NCBI GenBank assembly: GCA_028820995.1
Contig: JAPPHR010000112.1
Span: 1 to 41,883 of the forward strand
DNA: 41,883 bases
From: Rhodospirillales bacterium
Lineage (GTDB): Bacteria; Pseudomonadota; Alphaproteobacteria; UBA828
Direction: 5' to 3'
Of the stretch, positions 28,615-36,408 are shown piece by piece (the first letter of the stretch is position 1; the number at the start of each line of letters is the position of its first letter). The notes below the pieces were generated by a model. That model saw only the letters and a program-made list of their open reading frames with translations, was not told the DNA's origin and made no database searches. The position numbers were made by a program, and so were the translations under genes.

Positions 28615-29769
28615 TTACTCCCTGGCCCAGCCCGGAATGTAGCAGGGTCCCGGAATCGCGGGATAGCGCTCCAGAACCGATTCGTCGATCTCGATCCCGA
28701 GGCCCGGCCCGTCCGGCGGCTCGATGTGGCCGTCCACGACACCCGTATAGCCCTTCGCGAGGTCAGTGCGGAAGGGGTTCACCTGGGCGACGTCGGCCTC
28801 GTAGATCAGCCCGTTCGGGATCGCCGACAGCAGATGCGCGTTTCCGGCCGCGCTCAGGATGCTGTGGCTCGTGTGCGGCGCCATCGGGATGTGCCAGGCC
28901 GCGGCCATGTCCGAGATCTTCTTGAGCTCGCTGAGCCCGCCCGACTTGCAGAAATCCGCCTGGCAGACGGAGATCGCGCGTCCCTCGAACAGCGCGCGGA
29001 AGGCCGGCCTCCCGTAGTGGTTCTCGCCGGCGGCGATGGGGATGGCGGTGCGCGTACGAAGCTCCGCGTAGGCCGGGATGTTGTCCGGCGTGAACGGCTC
29101 TTCCAGCCAGTACACCCGGTTCTCCTCGCAGTAGCGCAGCACGTCCGGGATATCGAGCAGGTCGTAGCGCGTCGCGGCATCGACGGCGATGTCGAGATCG
29201 TCGCCGAAAGTCTTGCGGATGTGGTTCACGCGCATGGCGTCCCGCGCCGGGTGGTCGCCGACGCGCATCTTGATCGCCGTATAGCCCTCGGCCACCAGAG
29301 CGGCGACCTCTTTCTCCAAGTTTTCCGGTGGCTTGAAGCCGAGACTTAAACCGCCGGCATAGGCGCGGATGCGTTTCTTGGAGCCGCCCATCAGCGTGTA
29401 GATCGGCAAGCCCAGCAGCTTGCCCTTGAGGTCCCAGAGCGCGTTGTCGATGCCGGCCAATGCAGTGATGCTGCCGGCGCCCAGCCCGTGCGTTGTGATC
29501 TGCTGGCGCTCGAGCCGGTGCCAGATGCCCTCGCTGTCCAGCGGGTCGGCGCCGACGATGAGCGAGCCCAGCCCGTCCTGGACCACCGTCGCCATCGCCG
29601 TGGGGTTCTGGCCGTGATGCGCCTCACCGAGGCCGGTGGCACCGCTCTCGTCGGTGATCCGCACGAGCACGATATCGCGCTTGGTGTTGGTGCCGAGACC
29701 CATGCGCACGAGATTGGTCTCGAACGGGCACGAATGAGCGCTTGCGCGCACCTCGACGATCCTGGCCAT
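28615..29769 (-). CDS. Mandelate racemase/muconate lactonizing enzyme family protein
   Basis: AGIDNALWDLKGK..G.P...L.GG, metal ligands in VDA, WLEEP and AGEN, and PGLG motif. Confidence 0.92.
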   Translation of the reverse strand: MARIVEVRASAHSCPFETNLVRMGLGTNTKRDIVLVRITDESGATGLGEAHHGQNPTAMATVVQDGLGSLIVGADPLDSEGIWHRLERQQITTHGLGAGSITALAGIDNALWDLKGKLLGLPIYTLMGGSKKRIRAYAGGLSLGFKPPENLEKEVAALVAEGYTAIKMRVGDHPARDAMRVNHIRKTFGDDLDIAVDAATRYDLLDIPDVLRYCEENRVYWLEEPFTPDNIPAYAELRTRTAIPIAAGENHYGRPAFRALFEGRAISVCQADFCKSGGLSELKKISDMAAAWHIPMAPHTSHSILSAAGNAHLLSAIPNGLIYEADVAQVNPFRTDLAKGYTGVVDGHIEPPDGPGLGIEIDESVLERYPAIPGPCYIPGWARE

Positions 29770-29927
29770 CGCTTTCTCCCCTGTGACGCCGGCTGCGGTG
29801 CCGCCGCGCCGAAGCTATGCCGCCGCAGGCCTGTCTGCAAGCCGGGCCAATTGGCATATACGAACTGCATATCGTCATATCAAAATCGAATAATCGTAAT
29901 TGGAAAATCCGATGAATAATCTGATTC

Positions 29928-30737
29928 GTGAGACTCATCTCGGACATCGCCGTGACATGGGCGCACGGGCTTTCCTGCCGCTCGGCAGTAGTGGGACTCG
30001 CCGTGCTTGCGGTCGTAGCTGCTGGCATCGCCAATTTCGGTCAGGCCTTCGGCGCCGAGTCCTGGCGCGGCCTCGTCATCGCACCAGAGGACCGCTGCGC
30101 ACCTTACGACCGAGACAAGTACCGCTATTCGCAGTCGGTCGAAGCCGAGATCGTCGCCGCCATGGGGGGCAGAATCTACGGACCCTACACGGGGCGTCAC
30201 TTTTCGAGCACAAGCCGCACCGACATCGAGCACATCGTCGCCGTCTCCGAGGGCCATGACAGCGGACTCTGTGCCGCCGACCCTTCGGTCCGGCATCGCT
30301 TCGCCTCCGACCTGCTCAACCTGACCCTGGCCGCGCCCGAGGTGAACCGCTGCGGCGGGAACGGCAAGTGCGCCTATGACGCCGCAGAATGGCTTCCCCC
30401 CAGGAACCGCTGCTGGTTCGCCGCGCGCGTCGTTGCCGTCAAGTTCAAGTATTCCCTGACCGTTGACCGCGATGAAGCCGCCGCGCTGCAGCGCGTCCTC
30501 TCGGACTGCTCCTCCACCGACATCGTCTTTACCGACCGTGAGGCGAAGGCCCCCACTGCGTCGCCGGCGACCGGGCCCACTGTCATCTCGGTGGCCTTGC
30601 GACTCTATGACGACAATCGCAACGGCCGCATCACGTGCGCGGAGGCGAGACGCCACGGCATTGCTCCCGTGTCGCGCGACCATCCGGCCTATGCCTTCAT
30701 GCGCGACGGGGACGGCGACGGAGTAGTCTGCGAATAG
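29928..30737 (+). CDS. Secreted HNH (DUF1524-like) nuclease with C-terminal Excalibur Ca-binding domain
   Basis: Signal-peptide-like N-terminus (..QAFGA|ES), DIEHIV...NL...VN...K...D..EWLP HNH pattern, and RDGDGDGVVCE end. Start uncertain. Confidence 0.8.
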   Translation: MRLISDIAVTWAHGLSCRSAVVGLAVLAVVAAGIANFGQAFGAESWRGLVIAPEDRCAPYDRDKYRYSQSVEAEIVAAMGGRIYGPYTGRHFSSTSRTDIEHIVAVSEGHDSGLCAADPSVRHRFASDLLNLTLAAPEVNRCGGNGKCAYDAAEWLPPRNRCWFAARVVAVKFKYSLTVDRDEAAALQRVLSDCSSTDIVFTDREAKAPTASPATGPTVISVALRLYDDNRNGRITCAEARRHGIAPVSRDHPAYAFMRDGDGDGVVCE

Positions 30738-30819
30738 CGGCCAGAGGCTCACCTGTCTCGACCGAAGTCCAACTAACTTCGCACACCAGCCGGCCGGGCC
30801 GCCGCCGGCGGGAGGGAAC

Positions 30820-31687
30820 TCAGGCGACGGGCGGGGCCGTCGGCGGGTTCACGCCGCTGCCTGAATTGGACGCCCCTTCAAGGCATTGCGCGGAATTGGC
30901 TTCGTTTTGCAAAATAGCTTCTTCGCCGTCGCGCGCGGCCCCGGCAGAGACCCCGACGGCGGGTGCGTGCGAGGCCCGGGGTGCGGGCGGGCGCGCCCCG
31001 CCGGAGGGAGCCGATTCGGGATCGGCCTCTGCCGGCGGCGCCGGGTCGGGATCGGCCGTTCGGTCCGGCGGCGGGGCGCTATTCTCGGCCGCCGCGCCCG
31101 CCGCGTCGCGCAGGCGGCGGAACTCGTCCAGCGTCCGGTTCAACGACCGCTGCAGCATCGCTTCGTGACGTGCAATCCGGTCGAAGGTGCGCGCGCTCTC
31201 CCGCCGCTCCACCAGCACCCGTGCCGATGGTGCCTCGGCCATGATGCTCGCGTCGATTTGGAGTCTCCTCATTGCGAGCGTTTCCTTCGCCTTCATCGCC
31301 TCCTCCCCCAGGTGCTGGGCGAGACAGCCATCGACAAGGGCGCGATTCTGCGCTTGATCCAGCGAGCTGCGCTTCAGGCTGAGCTCGCCGTGGATGAAGA
31401 GCTCCGCCTCCATCCGGGCGGCGCGGTCGAGCCGCCACAGCAGCACGGCGACGCGCTCCGCCAGCACCTCCTGCAGCGCGCCCGCCGGCGCGAGGTCGGC
31501 GATCACGCCCTCCCTGAGCCGCGCGAACGCGTCCCCGTCCTCATCTGGAAGCAGCACGAGACACTCGGCGGTGAGGCCGTGGCTGAGCGCGTTGGCCGAC
31601 GATGCTGCCTTGCCGGCCTCGGTCCTCGGCCCGGTGCTCTTGCGGGCGTTCTCCCGGTTGGCTTCGATCTGTCTCTGGGTCGCCATG
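30820..31687 (-). CDS. Orphan hypothetical protein of the 'QIEANRxNAxKSTGPRT..GK...NAL.HG' family (HGGxSTG-related, small terminase-like motif)
   Basis: ATG 31687 with SD AAGGAG. Conserved-looking N-terminal ~100 aa, then an Ala/Pro-rich tail with QNEAN. Function inferred. Confidence 0.8.
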
Positions 31688-31720
31688 ACGGCTCCTTTCG
31701 CGTTCGGACGAAATCGGAGC

Positions 31721-31766
31721 ATCATCGACCGCGGCAGCCCGGTCGGTAACCGCACCATGGTGCGGT
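31721..31766 (-). promoter_or_regulatory. Perfect 18-bp palindrome plus -10-like hexamer upstream of the orphan gene
   Basis: ACCGCACCATGGTGCGGT (31749-31766), a 22-nt spacer, then GATGAT (31726-31721) on the minus strand. Confidence 0.6.
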
Positions 31767-31983
31767 GCGGTGTCGGATATCGTTGTGGACCCGGCGCAAG
31801 GCCGGCCTGGGGTACCGGTCGCCGGCTCCGGCATCGATGGGAAGTGGCGGATGTGTTGGCGCCGCATGGCGAACCATCGCCTCCTGAGCTAGAGTCTTGT
31901 CAGCTGACCTCGTCACCGGGCACGGCACGTCCGACGCCCGCACCTCGCACTGCTGTGTTTTCCGACCCGAACCAAGGACAGCC

Positions 31984-32919
31984 ATGGCCGGCTTCGACGA
32001 TCTGATCGCGGCCCTGCCGGCGTGGCCCGTCATCCTCGGCGCACACCTTCTGCTCATCGTCGTTCCGGCGAGTGTCGCCTTCCTTGCTCTCTATGTGTGG
32101 AAGGGCAATCCCTTCCGTTGGCGCAAGATCCAGCCCGGTTTCGCGCCGCCCCATGCAATCCGGCGCGAGGTGCTCTATTCGCTTCTCACGGCGCTCATCT
32201 TTGCGCTCAACGGCGTCTTCATCTACGTCTCGATGGCGAACGGCTGGTCGCTCGTCTACACGCACGTGGCGGATTACGGCTGGCTCTACGGCGCCTTCAG
32301 TCTGGCGGTGACCATCGTGCTTCACGATGCCTATTTCTACTGGACCCATCGCCTGATGCACCATCCGCGCCTGTTCGATCGGTTTCACCGGCTGCATCAT
32401 GAATCGCACAGCCCGTCGCCCTGGGCGGCCTATGCCTTTGCGCCCATGGAGGCCGTGGTTCAGGCGATGTTCCTGACAATCCTCATATTCATCCTGCCGC
32501 TGCACGTTACGGTCATATACCTGTTCATGCTCCACATGATCGTCCGCAACGTTATCGGCCACAGCGGCTTCGAGCTGTTTCCACGAAGCGTGCCGGCGCA
32601 TCCGGTGCTCGGCGTCTTGACCACGACCACGCATCACGACCTTCACCACAGCTCCAGGGGCTCCAACTACGGCCTCTATTTCACCTGGTGGGATCGCCTG
32701 GCCGGCACGGAGCATCCGGAGTACCGCGAGGTCTTCGATCGTGTGACCGGCGGGCCAGAGACGCCGGCCGCCTCGCCGTCGAGTACGCCGGTGACGTGGA
32801 GTCCCACCGCGGTCGACATTGAGAACGCCGAACGTGACTCGGTGTGGAACGTCAACGCCTGTGACGCGCCCGATATTGCCGATTTGGAAGCCCCGATCGG
32901 CGCCAGGCCCACGCGCTGA
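31984..32919 (+). CDS. Sterol desaturase / fatty acid hydroxylase family membrane protein
   Basis: His boxes HRLMH, HRLHH and HHDLHH, plus NYG..F..WDR..GT. Start ATG 31984 with SD AAGGA. Confidence 0.9.
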   Translation: MAGFDDLIAALPAWPVILGAHLLLIVVPASVAFLALYVWKGNPFRWRKIQPGFAPPHAIRREVLYSLLTALIFALNGVFIYVSMANGWSLVYTHVADYGWLYGAFSLAVTIVLHDAYFYWTHRLMHHPRLFDRFHRLHHESHSPSPWAAYAFAPMEAVVQAMFLTILIFILPLHVTVIYLFMLHMIVRNVIGHSGFELFPRSVPAHPVLGVLTTTTHHDLHHSSRGSNYGLYFTWWDRLAGTEHPEYREVFDRVTGGPETPAASPSSTPVTWSPTAVDIENAERDSVWNVNACDAPDIADLEAPIGARPTR

Positions 32920-33028
32920 TAGACAATCTGTCGGTGCACACCGCCAATGGTCTATCCGGGCCCGTTTTCGGCCCCGCCCGCTTGCGCAGGCCCGGAGCCT
33001 CGGGAACAATCCCGCGCCTGGAGGCCGA

Positions 33029-34771
33029 ATGACCGCACCTGAGACAGAAACCGGCGCCGATCCGGTCACGCGCGAGATCATCCGCGGCAAGCTCCTGGCG
33101 CTTGCCGACGAGATGGGCATCGTCATCGCCAAGACCTCGATGAGCCCGGTCATCTACGAGGTGCTCGACTTCGCCTGCGGCCTCTGCGATGCCGACGGCG
33201 AGCTCGTGGTCCAGACCAACGGCATCACCCTCTTCACCGGCACCTTCGCGTTGCAGGTGCACTCCATCGTGCGCCGCCACGGCGAGACCATGCGGCCGGG
33301 CGACGTCTTCATGACCAACGACCCCTTCGAGGGCGGCACCCACAGCTGCGACATCGCGCTGATCAAGCCGATCTTCGTGGAGGACCGGCTCTTCGCCTTC
33401 GCCATCTCCGTGGCGCACTGGAGCGAGGTGGGCGGCGCCGTGCCCGGCAGCATCTCGCCCACTGCCACCGAGATCTATCAGGAGGGCGTGCGCTTCCCCG
33501 GCATCCGCGTCTGCCGGGACGACGAGACCATCGACGACGTGATCGCGCTGATCCGGGAGAACGTGCGCCTGCCCGTGCAGTCCCTCGGCGACTTCAACGC
33601 AGGGCTCGCCGCCGTCCGCATCGCCGAGACGCGGCTCCGCGAGGTCATCGCCCGCTACGGCAAGGCCGCGGTGGAAGGCACCTTCGGCCACATCCTGGAG
33701 ACCAGCGAGCGGCTCAGCCGGGCCGCCGTCGCAGCGCTCCCCGACGGCGACTACGAGGCGGAGGACTGGATCGACGGCGACGGCATTTCCGAAGAGCGCT
33801 TCCGCGTCGCCGTCCGCGTCCGCATACGGGGCGAGACGATCACGTTCGACTTCACCGGCACCAGCCCGATGGTCAAGGGGCCCATCAACTGCGCCTTCGG
33901 CGCGCTCGATTCGGCGGTCAAGACGGTGTTCAAGTCGCTGGTGGACCCGCAGGCGCCCTCCAACGAGGGCTGGTTCCGCCCGGTGAGCCTGGTCTGCCCG
34001 CCGGGCACCGTGTTCACCGCCGAGAAGCCGGCGCCCACCGGCTGGTACTACGAGGGCTCGGCCCATGCCTCCGAGCTTGCCTGGAAGGCGCTCGCCCACG
34101 TCGCGCCCGAGCGCTTCAGCGCAGGCTCCTACATGAGCCTCGCCGGCACCTACTTCTACGGCCGCGACCCGGAGAGCGGCGAGGTCTACGTCCACATCGA
34201 GCCCGCCATCGGCGGCTGGGGCGCGACCGCGTCGGGCGACGGCACCAGCGCGCTCATCGCCACCACCGACGGCGACACCTACAACTACTCGGTCGAGCTG
34301 TTCGAGGCGAAGTTCCCCCTCGCCATCCGCCGCTACGCCCTCAACGTGGAAGGTGGCGCGGGCGCAGGCCGCCACCGAGGCGGCTTCGGCGTGGTCCGCG
34401 AGTTCGAGGTGGCGGGTGCAGACGCCCACACCAATTGCAGCATCGGCCGCTCCATCGAGCGCCCGTGGGGTCTGCAGGGCGGCGGCGAGGGCTCGAACAA
34501 CTACATGCGGATCGAGTCGGGCGGCAGCGTCAAGCGGGTCGCGCGCATTCCCTACGAAGCGTTGGCGGAGGGCGATCGCGTCGCCGTGGTGACCGGCGGC
34601 GGCGGCGGCTTCGGCGATCCCCTCACCCGGCCGGCGGACCGGGTCGCGGCCGATGTCGCCGACGGCTACATCTCGGCCGAGCAGGCGCAGACCGACTACG
34701 GCGTCGTCATCGCTGCCGACGGGGCCGTGGACGAGGCCGCTACCGCCGCGCTCCGCGCCGAACCACGCTAA
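33029..34771 (+). CDS. Hydantoinase B/oxoprolinase family protein
   Basis: SPVIYEVLDF.CG, NDPF.GGTH..D, H..EVGG..PGS, EIYQEG and TGGGGGFGDP motifs. Start ATG 33029 with SD GGAGG. Confidence 0.92.
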   Translation: MTAPETETGADPVTREIIRGKLLALADEMGIVIAKTSMSPVIYEVLDFACGLCDADGELVVQTNGITLFTGTFALQVHSIVRRHGETMRPGDVFMTNDPFEGGTHSCDIALIKPIFVEDRLFAFAISVAHWSEVGGAVPGSISPTATEIYQEGVRFPGIRVCRDDETIDDVIALIRENVRLPVQSLGDFNAGLAAVRIAETRLREVIARYGKAAVEGTFGHILETSERLSRAAVAALPDGDYEAEDWIDGDGISEERFRVAVRVRIRGETITFDFTGTSPMVKGPINCAFGALDSAVKTVFKSLVDPQAPSNEGWFRPVSLVCPPGTVFTAEKPAPTGWYYEGSAHASELAWKALAHVAPERFSAGSYMSLAGTYFYGRDPESGEVYVHIEPAIGGWGATASGDGTSALIATTDGDTYNYSVELFEAKFPLAIRRYALNVEGGAGAGRHRGGFGVVREFEVAGADAHTNCSIGRSIERPWGLQGGGEGSNNYMRIESGGSVKRVARIPYEALAEGDRVAVVTGGGGGFGDPLTRPADRVAADVADGYISAEQAQTDYGVVIAADGAVDEAATAALRAEPR

Positions 34772-34787
34772 GCCTGAGAGAGGTCCG

Positions 34788-35813
34788 ATGGCCGGGAAGA
34801 CCCGCAAGTGGAAGTGGGCCGTGCTCTTCAGCGGCGACAACCTGACGCTGCAGGAGACCATCGCGTTCGCGGCCAAGGCCGAGGACGCAGGCGCGGACAG
34901 CCTGTGGACCACCGAGCTCGGCCGCGACGCCTTCGTGCCGCTCGCCGGCATGGCCGCCGCCTGCAAGCGCGCCCGCCTCGGCACCGGGGTCGCCATCTTC
35001 GCAAGGCCGCCTGCGCTCACCGAGATCAGCGCCATGTCTATGGCGGAGCTCACGAGCGGCCGCTTCGTGCTCGGCCTCGGCACCGCACCGCCCGCGTGGA
35101 ACGAGAACTGGCACGGCCTCCCCTACCGCCGCCCGGTGCGGCGCATGCGGGAATACGTCGAGGCGATCCGCCTGATGTGGACCGCCAACCCAGAGTCGCC
35201 CATCGAGTACGAAGGCGAGATCATCACGATCCGCGACTACCGCCGCGTGCTGGCACCGCTCTGCGCGCCGCCGCCGATCTACCTCGCCGCCGTGCAGCCG
35301 GCGATGCTGCAGCTCACGGGCGAGATCGCCGACGGCCTGCTGGCGAACCTCCTCAACACGCCCCGCTACTTCACCGACATCGTGCATCCCAACATCGACA
35401 AGGGCCTTGCCAGGGCGGGGCGCACCCGTGCCGATATCGAGCTCTGCTCGCTCAAGGTCTGCTCCGTGGACCGCGACCGGGAGCGTGCGCGCCGCCGCGC
35501 GCGCGGGCCCATCGCGTTCTATTCGTGCCTCCCCTACTTCGACCAGGTGCTCGACCCGGCCGGCTTCACGCGCGAGAAGCTTGCGATCCGCGATGCCTGG
35601 GCGCGCGCCGACCTCGCCGCCATGACCGGCCTCGTGACCGACGACATGGTGGATGCGCTGGTATTGGCCGGCACGCCGGACGACGTGCGCAGCCAGCTCG
35701 ACCGCTTCGAGGGACTGTTCGAGACCGTGCTGCTCTACTGCCCGATGCCCTTCATCGAGCGCGAGGAATCGCTGGCCAACCACCATGCCATGATCGAGGC
35801 GTTCGCGGACTGA
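34788..35813 (+). CDS. LLM class (probable F420-dependent) oxidoreductase
   Basis: AEDAG.DSLW..E, GRFVLGLG, PIYLAA..P.ML.L.GE.ADG and GTPDDV motifs. Confidence 0.88.
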   Translation: MAGKTRKWKWAVLFSGDNLTLQETIAFAAKAEDAGADSLWTTELGRDAFVPLAGMAAACKRARLGTGVAIFARPPALTEISAMSMAELTSGRFVLGLGTAPPAWNENWHGLPYRRPVRRMREYVEAIRLMWTANPESPIEYEGEIITIRDYRRVLAPLCAPPPIYLAAVQPAMLQLTGEIADGLLANLLNTPRYFTDIVHPNIDKGLARAGRTRADIELCSLKVCSVDRDRERARRRARGPIAFYSCLPYFDQVLDPAGFTREKLAIRDAWARADLAAMTGLVTDDMVDALVLAGTPDDVRSQLDRFEGLFETVLLYCPMPFIEREESLANHHAMIEAFAD

Positions 35814-35838
35814 ACCGTCGCACCAAGAGGATGGACGC

Positions 35839-36396
35839 ATGACGAGCTATGCCGAGGCCCAACGCCTGCCACGCGCGGACCGCAGCGATTTCCCGGCCGG
35901 CAAGACGGAAATCTGGGATCACGTGGTCGAGACCCGCAAGCTCGACTTCATGCCCAACATGTTCGCGGTCATGGGGCGGAGCCCGGAGGCGCTCAGGTCA
36001 GTTGCCGCCGTGGGCGAGCATGTCCGCTGGCACTCGGCACTGGATAACGATCTGCGCGAGATGGTGATCTGCACCGTCGCTCAAGGAGTCGGCAATGTCT
36101 ACGAGTGGGACCACCACATCCACAAGGTGCCGGAGCGCTTCCGCAAGTCCGTAGGCACACTCGCGATCGAGGCCGAGCCCGCACCCGTCGGGCCGGCGCT
36201 CCGCCTCTGCCGCCTGCTGGCGAGCGGCGAGGACGTGGACGACGCGCTGGTCGCAGACTTGCGCGAAGCCCTCGGCGACGCCGGCCTCGTCGATCTCGTG
36301 GTGATGGTCGGCTACTACCAGCTCCTCGGCAGCTTCTGCGCCGTCCTTGGCATCGAAGTCGAAGAGGCCGTCGCCCACGTCCCCTTCAACGGCTGA
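35839..36396 (+). CDS. Carboxymuconolactone decarboxylase/AhpD-like protein
   Basis: LREMVI..V.......YEW.HH and LVDLVVMVGYY pattern. Confidence 0.8.
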   Translation: MTSYAEAQRLPRADRSDFPAGKTEIWDHVVETRKLDFMPNMFAVMGRSPEALRSVAAVGEHVRWHSALDNDLREMVICTVAQGVGNVYEWDHHIHKVPERFRKSVGTLAIEAEPAPVGPALRLCRLLASGEDVDDALVADLREALGDAGLVDLVVMVGYYQLLGSFCAVLGIEVEEAVAHVPFNG

Positions 36397-36408
36397 GGCC
36401 GTTACGCG

